Positions 16,507-25,499 are shown, counted from the first letter of the stretch. The stretch is 32,000 nt of DNA from Halomicronema hongdechloris C2206 (GCF_002075285.3 NZ_CP021983.2:1050001-1082000), one strand, 5' to 3'. A program made the numbers and translations. The notes: a model not told the origin generated them from the sequence alone.

Positions 16507-18689
16507 TTAGAAACGATAGCTCAGACCGACGCGGACATTGATGCCGGGCTGAGTAAAACGCTGGATATTCGGGGCATTCGCATCAACTGTGCGGACCTCG
16601 GAATAGGCGTAGTATTCCGTATTGAGCAGGTTATAGACCCCCAGACTCAGCCCCAGATTGGGCGTGGGGTCATAGCTGCCAATCAGATCAAACACCGCAT
16701 AGGCGTCGGGCACAAAGAAGGTGGTGTCCTCCGGCGTGCGGGCCTTACCCACAATCGTGCTGAGGAATTCAGCCCGCCACCGATCCTCCGGGGCCCGGTA
16801 TCGCAGCCCGACCACCGCAGTGAGAGGATTGACCGACGGCAAAGGCTGATCGGCCGTGAGGTCATCGCCGCGCACCCAAGCCAGACTACCCAGGAGACTA
16901 AAGCCATAGCCCCTGGGGTCGAAGCGGTATTCGCCGCCGGCCTCGATGCCATAAATGCGCGCCCGGGCCACATTTTGGGTCTGGAATTGATTCACCACCT
17001 GGGTATCGAAACTAAAGGGAGGGGCAAAGGTCGGGCAGGGATCCACATCCACCAAACAACGAGTGCCTGCCCCGACAAAGGTCTCGATGAAATTGTCGTA
17101 GGTATTGTAAAAGCCGGTGAGGCGAAAATCGACCTGGGGAAAGTTCCCCCGAATCCCCAGCTCGAAACTATCGCTGGTTTCCGGTTCCAACTCAGGATTA
17201 GACAGGGTTTCGTACTTGAAGAAAGGACTGGTTAAATTGGTGAAGCCGCTGTTGATCTCGCTATATAGAGGCGCCCGGAAGCCACGGGCATATTGGCCAT
17301 AGAGAGAGAGTTCTGGGGTGGCTTCATAGAGCAGGGCAATGCGCGGCGAAAAGGCTGATGCGGTTAAATCAGCCGCTTCTGCGCCATTGCGGGTGAAGGC
17401 TTCATCTGGATCAGTGCTGAGATCATAGTGATCGAAGCGCAAGCCAGCGATGATATCAAGGGGGCCAACCTCGAGCTCATCTTGAGCATAGACCCCTAGC
17501 CGCAAGGTATTGCCATCGGGAAAATCCTTCACGGGGAAGGTATCTGGGGGAATGACGTTGGTGGATTCCCCGGTGTTGAGGTTGGTTTCGATGCGATCGC
17601 GGGGGCGAGAGTTGAAGGTATTCGACACATCCAGTCCATAGGTGAGACGGTGGCTGACGCTGCCGGTGGTAAAGTCACTGCGCAGCTGCAGATTACCCCC
17701 ATAGCTGTCGGCAACAAACCGGTTCTCGGTATCCCTAAACACAGGTTGTCCCGGGAAAGCCGACCCGGAAGCCCGGGTTTCTTCCAATAGCTCCGTCGTG
17801 GTGGCCTCTTGATAAAACAGCTGAGCCTCAGCACCGGTTAAGAAGGATGGGCTCTCGGGGGCGTCATAGCTGTAGGCGAGGCTGACCCGGGTGCGATCAA
17901 TCAAAATATCCTCGACCTCACTGATGACACATCGGCGGCGAAGTCATCCTCGTCGCCCAGTAAATCCCTGGGTTCCAGAGAGCGATAGGTGACCACGCCC
18001 CCCAGGGCGTCGCTACCGTACAGAGTAGAGGCCGGTCCCCGCAATATCTCCACCGCTTGCAGGGTAGCAAAGTCTACGTAATCACCTCTGCCGATATTGA
18101 AGGGGCCAAATTCAAACCGTTCCGGCAGACGAATGCCATCGAGTTGAAACAGCACCCGATTGCCCTCCAGACCCCGAATATTGACATCCTGCAGCCCAAA
18201 CCGACGATTGTTGCGCACAGAGACCCCCGGTTCGTATCGAACCAGATCCTGCAGGTCTTGCATTTGATAGAAGTTGAAATCCTCTAATTCAAAGACGGTG
18301 ACGGTGGCGGGCAAATCCTCCACATCGCGGGGGGTACGGGTGCCGGTGACGGTGATGCGCAGCGTGCCTCCCTCGGGGATGTCTTGGGCCAGGAAGGCGG
18401 GGGCAGGGGCATCGGATGCTAAATCGGATTCATTACCATTGGAGGCAAGCGCTGAAGACCCCGATTCAGGGCCTAGGTTGGCTTCCAAGGCTTCAGTTAG
18501 ATCAATGATTTCGCCCAGATCTCCTGCTTCCAGGGAGATTTCAGGATCGTCGTTGACAGCCATCTCGGTTGCCATCCCAGGGGTTGGGGGGACAGCCAGG
18601 AGGAGCAACGTCAACAGCAGGGATCTACAAAGAGGATTTTTTCTCAATAGAATAGGTGCCAGAGTCATCGGTGTCATCCTTGGTGTCAT
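16507..18689 (-). pseudogene. TonB-dependent outer-membrane receptor, reading frame broken once near 17922..17932
   Basis: ORF 17901..18689 encodes the signal peptide plus plug domain (..LRITVTGTRTPRDVEDLPATVTVF.., ..VEILRGPASTLYGSDALGGVV..). ORF 16507..17904 encodes the beta-barrel and ends in the canonical ..GLSYRF. The barrel frame stays open upstream as ..CVISEVEDILIDRTRVSLAY.., so a 1-nt indel joins the two parts. Confidence 0.85.
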
Positions 18690-18767
18690 CCAATGTCAAA
18701 ACAGGGTGTGGGTGAGGATCGAGCTGGGTTGGCAGGGGTGAATTTAGAGGGGGTGGCCTAGGAAAAT

Positions 18768-19571
18768 TCACACCTCAGAAGTGAGGGGGCTCGCAGTTAG
18801 GGGACACATTTGCAGCCCCACGGGGGTATGCAGCAGGGCGACCTCTACATCGAAGACCTGGCGCATTAGGGTTGGTGTCAGGACCTCTGCCGGCGATCCC
18901 ACAGCCCAGAGTTGGCCTTGGCGCAGCAGGGCGATGCGATCGCTATAGCGAGCTGCCATGTTGATGTCGTGGAGCACTGTGATGATAGAGAGCCCCCGTT
19001 GACGATTCAGCCGCTTGAGCAACTCCAGTAGCTGCAGCTGATAGTGCAGGTCTAGAAAGGTCGTCGGTTCGTCTAGCAGCAGCACCTTAGGGTTTTGGGC
19101 CAAGGCCAGGGCCAAGAAAGCTCTAGCTGTCGTTCCCCCCCAGAGAGATCGGCGACGGCACGGTCGCGGTAATGCTCTAGCTCTGTCCACTGCAATGCCG
19201 TGTCCCACCTGTCTTGCCGGCCGGCGGCATCTAGATCCCACTGCCACCAGGGTTGATGGGGGGAGCGGCCCAAGCTGACGAGTTGATACACCGTGAGGTT
19301 AGTCGGCAGGGATGTTGCTGGGGCAGCAGGGCCAAAAGCGCGGCCACGCGGGGGACGGTAGGGGTGTGAATATCATGGCCATCGCAGCAGGAGACATTCC
19401 CTGCTTCAGGCTGGAGGATACGGCTCAGCAGCCGCAGCAGGGTGGATTTCCCAGAGCCATTGGCTCCGATCAAGCTGAGCCATTCCCCGGGCGCCAGGGA
19501 TAGATTGACCGCGGCAACGATGGTGCGATCGCCATAGAACACCAAGAAAGCTGACGGGCCTCTAAGGGCAT
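18768..19571 (-). pseudogene. FecE/FhuC-type ABC transporter ATP-binding protein, split by three 1-nt frame breaks
   Basis: The pieces are in four successive reading segments. They are MPLEARQLS (ATG 19571, AGGAGG 8 nt upstream), then VFYGDRTIV..GANGSGKSTLL..LLPQQ, then SLPTNLTVYQLVSLGRSPHQ..LSGGERQ, then RAFLALALAQNPKVLLLDEPTTFLDL..TVLHDIN... Walker A, Q-loop, signature, Walker B and H-loop are all present once the segments are joined. Confidence 0.85.
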
Positions 19572-20609
19572 GACTATAGCCCTCCTCTGCGCGCGACGAC
19601 GGTGCAGCAACCAGATGAAGACAGGGGCCCCCAACACGGCGGTCACCACCCCGACCGGCAGTTCTACCGGGCCGGCTCGGGCCATCAGGTCTGCCGCCGA
19701 TAACACCAAGGCACCTCCCAGGGCTGAAAATGGCAACACTAGCCGATAGTCAGTGCCGACGAGTAATCGCACGCCATGGGGCACAATTAACCCCACAAAT
19801 CCCACTAGTCCAGCAATGCTGACGGCTCCAGCCGCGAGCAGGGTGGCCACAGCACCAATCAGGCAGCGCGATCGCATCAGGGAAGTGCCTAGGCCCGTGG
19901 CCAGATCATCCCCTAGGCTCAATAGGTTGACTTGCCGGGCCAGCAAACAGCCAACCCCTAGGGCCACCACAATGCCAGGCCCCACCAGGGTCACCTCGCT
20001 CCAGCCGCGACCATTGAGGCTACCGATTAGCCAGTTCAATGCCGCTTGAATTTGGCCATCGGGAGATAGTAGCAACAGCAGCGACTGGATGGCGCCGAAA
20101 AAGGAGCTAAAGGCCACCCCCCCTAAAATCAAGCGTTCCACCGATATCGTGGTGCCTGTGCGGGCCAAGAGATACACCAAAAGCGTGGTCATTACAGCCC
20201 CCAACCACGCCCCCAGGGGCACCCAGATCTGCACCAGCCCTACGCCGACCGCCAACACCACCATCAACCCGGCTCCAGCCGAGATACCCAACAAAAACGG
20301 ACTGGCCAGGCCATTGCGCAACATGCCCTGTAGCAGGGCCCCGGCCAGGCCCAGGGCCGCCCCTACCACCAGGGCTGCCAAGACCCGCGGCAGTCGCAAC
20401 TCCCAGAGGATGGTCTGGTGGATGGCATCTCCCTGCCGCAGGGCCGCTGCCATCAGCTCGGATCCCGTTAGGGCCACGGAGCCCATGGTCAGCGACAAAA
20501 CGAGAACGATGCCCAAGCCCAGCACCAGCAAGCCTGTGGCTAGGACAATGCGTTGCCGTTGCCCTAGGTAGCGGGGGAGGTAGTCTGGGAATCGCGTCAG
20601 CGTTGCCAT
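19470..20609 (-). CDS. FecCD-family ABC transporter permease (iron-siderophore / haem / B12 class)
   Basis: This is a polytopic membrane protein with FecCD/BtuC-type blocks (..LRLPRVLAALVVGAALGLAGALLQ.., ..SLGDDLATGLG.., ..GLIVPH..). The ORF as written has no stop before the ATPase start and reads ~35 codons into it, so the real 3' end is probably near 19575..19590. Confidence 0.85.
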   Translation of the reverse strand: MATLTRFPDYLPRYLGQRQRIVLATGLLVLGLGIVLVLSLTMGSVALTGSELMAAALRQGDAIHQTILWELRLPRVLAALVVGAALGLAGALLQGMLRNGLASPFLLGISAGAGLMVVLAVGVGLVQIWVPLGAWLGAVMTTLLVYLLARTGTTISVERLILGGVAFSSFFGAIQSLLLLLSPDGQIQAALNWLIGSLNGRGWSEVTLVGPGIVVALGVGCLLARQVNLLSLGDDLATGLGTSLMRSRCLIGAVATLLAAGAVSIAGLVGFVGLIVPHGVRLLVGTDYRLVLPFSALGGALVLSAADLMARAGPVELPVGVVTAVLGAPVFIWLLHRRRAQRRAIVMPLEARQLSWCSMAIAPSLPRSIYPWRPGNGSA

Positions 20610-20624
20610 GGCTAATCGGGGGAT

Positions 20625-21446
20625 TTAGGTTTTCAGCTTGGTTTCTAGGATTAAGCTGGCATTGCGGAAAGGCGGCAGCTTACTCAGCCAAGGCACCCAG
20701 CGAAACCAGCCAAGGCGATGGGGATAGCGGCAAATGTCCTGCGGCAGCGATCGCACCTCCAGCACCGACAACCCCAGCGCCGGAATATCGTGCTCATTCC
20801 GAATAAACCATCGCAGGGGCGCCTCTAGCCGGGCTAATTGCTGGGCCCACCGCCCCTGGGTAATACCGCCGACGGCATCAAACAGAAAGGTCGCCCCCAA
20901 AAAGCGCTGTTTGAGCCGGGTAATCAACTGCTGCACCTGGGCCGCCTCAAAATACATCAGCAGCCCTTCTGCAAGGATCAATAGGGTTTCCGGCGGCCCT
21001 GCCGGGACGGCATCTAGCCAGCGACTATCCAGGGCTGAGGCCGCCAAAAACCGATGCTGACTGGTCTCGGTGTCAACCTGGCGCCGCAGGGCAATCACCT
21101 CTGGCACATCTAGCTCTAGCCAGCAGCGGCAGCCCTGGCCCACCCGGTAATAGCGGGTAGAGAGGCCGGCGCCCAGTTCTACCACCACGACATTGGCATA
21201 GGTGGCCAGATGCCGCTGCACCATCTGATCTAACACCTGGGCCCGCACGGCCCAGCTCAATTGAACCCAGGGACTATAGACGGGGTCTAGGGCCGGATCC
21301 CAGGACAATGCCGGCCACCACTGGGCGATATCAGGGTCGCGGAAAATGCCATCCGGCCGTTGATGTTCCTCTACCCGGGCCCGAGTGGTTAGCAACAGGG
21401 TACGCGGTACGCCAGAGAGCGCCATCGCATCAGACACAGTATTCAT
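20625..21446 (-). CDS. Class I SAM-dependent methyltransferase (leucine carboxyl / TcmP-like O-methyltransferase family)
   Basis: 273 aa with the SAM-binding motif I VVVELGAGLSTRY and a downstream ..LLILAEGLLMYF.. block characteristic of the LCM/COG3315 family. It ends 15 nt upstream of the permease gene. Confidence 0.75.
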   Translation of the reverse strand: MNTVSDAMALSGVPRTLLLTTRARVEEHQRPDGIFRDPDIAQWWPALSWDPALDPVYSPWVQLSWAVRAQVLDQMVQRHLATYANVVVVELGAGLSTRYYRVGQGCRCWLELDVPEVIALRRQVDTETSQHRFLAASALDSRWLDAVPAGPPETLLILAEGLLMYFEAAQVQQLITRLKQRFLGATFLFDAVGGITQGRWAQQLARLEAPLRWFIRNEHDIPALGLSVLEVRSLPQDICRYPHRLGWFRWVPWLSKLPPFRNASLILETKLKT

Positions 21447-21470
21447 AGGGCGATCGTAAATCGTAAGGCA

Positions 21471-21650
21471 TTAAAGGGTAGCTCGAGCTGCGATCGCAAC
21501 CACAGTGGTCATAAACCCCACCATGGCCAGACGACCACTCCAGAGTTCGGCCCGTTTCGAGGGACTTAATGATTGAGGGACGTCCTCAGGGGATATCTCC
21601 TCAGGGGATACCGTGGTTGCAGTTAGGCGATCTTTAGAGAGGTGTTTCAT
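21471..21650 (-). CDS. hli: High-light-inducible protein (HLIP, one-helix CAB/ELIP/HLIP family)
   Basis: This 59-aa ORF is below the ORF-track cutoff: MKHLSKDRLTATTVSPEEISPEDVPQSLSPSKRAELWSGRLAMVGFMTTVVAIAARATL. It carries the chlorophyll-binding helix signature AExW(N/S)GRLAMxGF. GGAGA lies 6 nt upstream of the ATG. Confidence 0.8.
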   Translation of the reverse strand: MKHLSKDRLTATTVSPEEISPEDVPQSLSPSKRAELWSGRLAMVGFMTTVVAIAARATL

Positions 21651-21728
21651 GGGAAGTCTCCGTGATAATGGTGAGGGACAGTTGTGGGTTGATAGGCTGT
21701 TAACTTGGGGCGTTATTTAGCTGGGGCG

Positions 21729-22034
21729 TTACTGGAGTGCAGCCGCCAGGATGAGAGTGGCCGCGAACCTGGCAACCGCGTTCATGGAAACCAGTAGCAG
21801 CACTTCGCGATAAGTTGCCGCACTCCGATCGAGAACACCCTGGCTGAATGTGTGCCGTTGTCCGGTTCGATAGAGCCAGTTAAGGCAAGAACAAAGACCC
21901 TCCGTTGCCGTAGCTGGTAAGGACCAGCCCAGCGATCGCAACAGGGGAGTCCAGAAAATGCCGCTGTCGTGACCTGTCGGCCTATCTGCGGCGACGGAGC
22001 CTTGATTATCAAAGGCTGAGGGTTGCATAGACAT
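21729..22034 (-). CDS. Hypothetical protein (weak call)
   Basis: This 101-aa ORF has genome-typical codon choice and a hydrophobic C-terminus (VLLLVSMNAVARFAATLILAAAL). A second overlapping ORF (21782..22102) competes with it. I recognise no motif. Confidence 0.3.
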   Translation of the reverse strand: MSMQPSAFDNQGSVAADRPTGHDSGIFWTPLLRSLGWSLPATATEGLCSCLNWLYRTGQRHTFSQGVLDRSAATYREVLLLVSMNAVARFAATLILAAALQ

Positions 22035-22191
22035 CCATGTCCTTCACGAAAAGCCTCCACCCATCGGTGGTAATGACAAATATTCTCAGCAAATGCCAGC
22101 AAGACTTATTGCATCACAGATCGGAACTGTTCGCAATAGGCTTGGGGTTTTATCTCGAGATCATGTCATGGATAGTCAATATTGACGCTTT

Positions 22192-22239
22192 CCAGGCTCT
22201 AAACTCTCCAGGCTCTAAACTCTCCAGACTCTAAACTCT
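22192..22239. repeat. Perfectly phased tandem repeat, 3 x 16 bp (CCAGGCTCTAAACTCT, third copy G>A)
   Basis: Read directly from the sequence at 22192..22207, 22208..22223 and 22224..22239. It lies in the intergenic region about 250 nt upstream of the channel gene. Confidence 0.9.
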
Positions 22240-22489
22240 AAGAAGGCAGAATTTCCGTGTCGGACAAAGCAATGGCGTATCCCCACGGCAGAGGCCCTGA
22301 GCGCTCAGGACAAAGACGGTCTCAACTAATTGGAAATGGTCCCGATAAATATGACCTGCGCATCCCTGGGGGCAGTAGGGGCAGGGCTGGCTGTAGCGGG
22401 ATTGGTCCCGGTTAGGCGTACTTTAAGTTACAGTATGGCCTGCTGCAATTGCCGATGATAGAGAATTAACCAATGGCCAGTCTTTCGCC

Positions 22490-24241
22490 ATGACCTTCGG
22501 CAATGGGATAACTCACCCCACCCCGGACGCAACCTTGCCACGGCAACCGCAAATCATTGTCTGCGGGTTAGGGCGTACCGGCTTCCGGATTTTCTCGTTA
22601 CTGCGGCAACAAGGGGCCGATGTGATTGGGGTCAATCCGACGCCTCTGCCCCAGGGCTGCTATCCTAGCCATGACATCGTTGTCGGCGATCTGCAGGCGG
22701 CAGCAACCCTGCAACGGGCTGGCATTGAGGTGGCCCATACATTATTGCTGGCTAACTCGGATGATGCCTTGAATCTGGCCATTCTCACCCAAGCCCGCCT
22801 GCTCAATCCCCAGATTCGCATTATCAATCGGCTGTTTAATGCCAGCTTGGGGGAACGCCTAGACCAAACCCTGCCTCGCCACGTCAGCATGAGCGTGGCG
22901 GCGTTAGCCGGTCCCCTGTTTGCGTTTGCGGCTTTGGGGAACCGGGCCATCGGACAAATTCGCCTGTTTGACACCACCTGGCCCATGCACGAGGAAATCA
23001 TCCGCGAGGATCATCCCTGGCGGGGACAACCGCTGCGGGGGCTATGGGAAAGCCGTCAGCGGATGCTGATTTACTACTGGTCAGCGCAGCACCGTATCGA
23101 TTTAGTGTCGGCAGTGATGGCGGGGCATCGCCTGCAGCCAGGTGATCGGTTGATCGTGGCCACGCGTCCGGCCCGCTCGCGTCCCCATCAGCGCTCAGCG
23201 GCCCAGGCCTGGCGGAGGCTGATGAATACCTTACATCAGGTGCGTCGACGCAGTCGCGCCGCCTTGACGGTGTTGCTGGCCTTGATGCTGACGATTGCGA
23301 TCGCAACCGGTACCTATGTGGGGACCAGTCTGGACACCTCCCTGGTCGATGCCCTCTACTTTGCGGTGGGCATGATTACCGGGGCGGGGGGCCAGGAGCA
23401 GGTGGCCGAAACCGCTACCGCTGCTATCAAGGTATTTACGGCGGTGATGATGTTGGTGGGGGCCGGGGTGATTGGGGTGTGCTACGCCCTGCTCAATGAT
23501 TTCATTCTAGGCACCCGCTTCCATGAATTTTGGAATGTGGCCCGCTTGCCGCAACAGCAGCACTATGTGGTGTGTGGCCTAGGGGGGGTGGGCTATCGCA
23601 TTGCCACTCAGCTACAAACCCTCGGCCATGAGGTGGTTGTGATCGAACGGGATGCCCAGAGTCGTTTCTTGGGGGCGGCCAAGGCCCTAAATCTGCCCGT
23701 GATTATTGGGGATGCCAGCCTGGCCTCAACTCTGGAGACGGTGCAGCTGAAGCGGGCGGCGGCCCTGGTGGCGGTGACCAGCGATGACACCGTGAATCTA
23801 GAAATTGCCCTGACGGCTCGCAGTGTGGCGCCGCGACTGGCGGTGGTGGTGCGCAACCAGGATCCTGAGTTTGCCCAGCAAGTGCAGCAGGTGTTTGAGT
23901 TTGACCAGGTCATGAGCCCCACGGAACTGGCGGCTCCAGCCTTCGCGGCGGCGGCCTTGGGAGGGCGAATTTTGGGCAATGGCATGGCCGGTCACCACCT
24001 GTGGGTTGCGATCGCAACCCTGATTACCCCGAACCATCCCTTCTGCCAGCAGACGATTAAGGCCCTGGCCCCGACCACCGACCTGGTCCCCCTCTATATC
24101 GAATCCCAGGGGCACACCATCCACGGCTTAGATCTCCTGGAGTTTGTGCTGCAGAGCGGCGATATTCTGTACATGACCCTACCCGCCAGTCGCCTAGAGC
24201 AACTCTGGCGCCACACCGCCACTCCCCTGATCACCCCTTGA
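22490..24241 (+). CDS. Two-TM pore-domain protein flanked by two RCK/TrkA-N domains (potassium-channel-family protein with a non-canonical filter)
   Basis: There are two Rossmann GxGxxG motifs (IVCGLGRTGFRIF and VVCGLGGVGYRIA), each followed by a TrkA-C-like segment. The central region is M1 helix (ALTVLLALMLTIAIATGTYV), pore-helix-like LVDALYFAVGMITGAGG and M2 helix (IKVFTAVMMLVGAGVIGVCYALL). Confidence 0.8.
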   Translation: MTFGNGITHPTPDATLPRQPQIIVCGLGRTGFRIFSLLRQQGADVIGVNPTPLPQGCYPSHDIVVGDLQAAATLQRAGIEVAHTLLLANSDDALNLAILTQARLLNPQIRIINRLFNASLGERLDQTLPRHVSMSVAALAGPLFAFAALGNRAIGQIRLFDTTWPMHEEIIREDHPWRGQPLRGLWESRQRMLIYYWSAQHRIDLVSAVMAGHRLQPGDRLIVATRPARSRPHQRSAAQAWRRLMNTLHQVRRRSRAALTVLLALMLTIAIATGTYVGTSLDTSLVDALYFAVGMITGAGGQEQVAETATAAIKVFTAVMMLVGAGVIGVCYALLNDFILGTRFHEFWNVARLPQQQHYVVCGLGGVGYRIATQLQTLGHEVVVIERDAQSRFLGAAKALNLPVIIGDASLASTLETVQLKRAAALVAVTSDDTVNLEIALTARSVAPRLAVVVRNQDPEFAQQVQQVFEFDQVMSPTELAAPAFAAAALGGRILGNGMAGHHLWVAIATLITPNHPFCQQTIKALAPTTDLVPLYIESQGHTIHGLDLLEFVLQSGDILYMTLPASRLEQLWRHTATPLITP

Positions 24242-24369
24242 GCTGTAGGCATACCCATCCCCTCCTCGGGACTGGGGCCCGGTGCCTGGGGGCCCAATTT
24301 GAACGGCAGATACCCCATGGCCAGGGCCAATGCTGAGATCCAAGCTGGTGTTGTCAACTGTCCACGGGG

Positions 24370-24600
24370 TCACTCCTGGTGGGGATCACTCAAGGCCGGA
24401 TTTTGGATGAAGATTTTGTCGGTCAGGGCGTTGAGGAAGGCCAGTAAGTCCTGCCGTTCCTGCTCAGTTAGCTCAAAGCCCTGGATAAAGGTGCTTTTCA
24501 GGGGGTTGGCCCTGCCCACGCCCGCATAGGGGCCCGTGGCAATGGTGCGTCCTCCGGCGGCGTGGCCTCATCTAGAGTCTGAATACTGCCGTCGTGCATG
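24370..24600 (-). pseudogene. 3' remnant of a di-haem cytochrome c peroxidase (CCP/MauG-family) gene, itself frameshifted
   Basis: The minus sense reads MHDGSIQTLDE.. and then, after a 1-nt frame break near 24562..24570, HAAGGRTIATGPYAGVGRANPLKSTFIQGFELTEQERQDLLAFLNALTDKIFIQNPALSDPHQE*. This matches only the C-terminal ~75 residues of CCP-family proteins. No haem CxxCH motifs or N-terminal part are present. Confidence 0.6.
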
Positions 24601-25018
24601 CGAAGAACAGGAGTAAGACGGCCGGTAAAGCCCCTGCGAGTCCTCCGCCTACTGAACGACCCAGTACGATTACCGGAACATGCCACAACGCCCACAGGAA
24701 GCCGAGAATGATCGAGGCCCGAAATCCACTGTATTGCTGTTGCAGCATGGGAAGAGCAAACCCGCGCCAGCCAATTTCTTCCACTGGACCTTCTGTGCCC
24801 CGCAGCAGCGCAGCTGTCAACCAGGCGTCTAAAGATAGGGTGGGCGGTGCGATCGCATCTTGCCCCATTAACTCCATCCAAACTGCCGCCAGCCCATTCA
24901 AAGCGGGAATCCCCAAAAGCACTGCCAAATACCACCCCCAATGCCCCTTCACCTTGACAATTCTCCGAGCATAGGCTCGAACTCGGCGCCAGCCGTGCCC
25001 CATTAGGATGACAGTCAA
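24572..25018 (-). pseudogene. CPBP-family intramembrane metalloprotease (CAAX protease/Abi) fragment
   Basis: CPBP motif 1 (EEIGWRGFALPMLQ) and motif 2 (LWALWH) are present. The third conserved His-containing helix is missing, and the ORF runs straight into the peroxidase remnant. It is only 148 aa, and a stop lies 2 codons upstream of the TTG start. Confidence 0.55.
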
Positions 25019-25499
25019 CGCTGCTTAGAGGACGATTTGCCTACAGTGGTTTAACCGACCTGAGGTTATTCCCCTATGCGGAAAACAGTGCGGCGAGGTT
25101 GAAGCCAATATTGAAGCCAACAATATCTAGTACTCTGCGGCAGAAATAATGCCTCCATTGACTAGAGCGACAAGGCTGTGTTTATCAGGATCTCCCTTTC
25201 TGCCTTGTTGTTGGGTGTGGGAAGTGGGAGACCGACTCTGCCTTGGCATACTAGGCTGCATCGCTGGGCTCAGCCCAGATATATAGATGAATAGGGAACA
25301 ACCATCGAGGTTTAGGTTGGATTTAGCAAGCCGCTAAGTGTGATGAATATCACCAGAACTACTGCCTATCCTCACACGGCCTTATCCCCAGGATCACCAT
25401 TTCTTCATCTTGCCGTCACGGTAAAGAGTCGAGGAATTGCTTAGCCTTAAAGGGTATCAAAAGGAACCCGAGTAGAACGCCACTCACGAGGAGATTATC

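Noticed and set aside
18690-18767. A cobalamin riboswitch, expected in front of a BtuB-like receptor or transporter. I also checked 21651..22489.
   Set aside because: The gap is only 78 nt, and I could find no B12-box-like sequence (AGYCMGGAGACCKGCC type) on either strand in either region.
21663-21674. TGATAATGGTGA, a Fur-box-like half-site upstream of the hli/transporter block. There is also an HLR1-like pair GTTAACAG-cc-TATCAACC in the minus sense at about 21682..21699.
   Set aside because: Each matches only about half of its consensus (the 19-bp Fur box; the TTACA direct repeats of HLR1). That is too weak to call without a scoring matrix.
22320-22489. A possible c-di-AMP (ydaO-type) or other riboswitch in the G-rich leader of the channel gene. 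The leader has GGTCCCG twice and GGGGCAG twice.
   Set aside because: I could not assemble the pseudo-symmetric ydaO core or any other known riboswitch consensus, only short G-rich repeats.
25368-25377. ATCCTCACAC, resembling the conserved single-stranded ACUCCUCACAC core of the cyanobacterial sRNA Yfr1
   Set aside because: It matches only 9 of 11 bases. A small upstream hairpin exists (GTGAT-GAAT-ATCAC), but there is no downstream GC-rich terminator hairpin or U-tract, so the Yfr1 architecture is not present.
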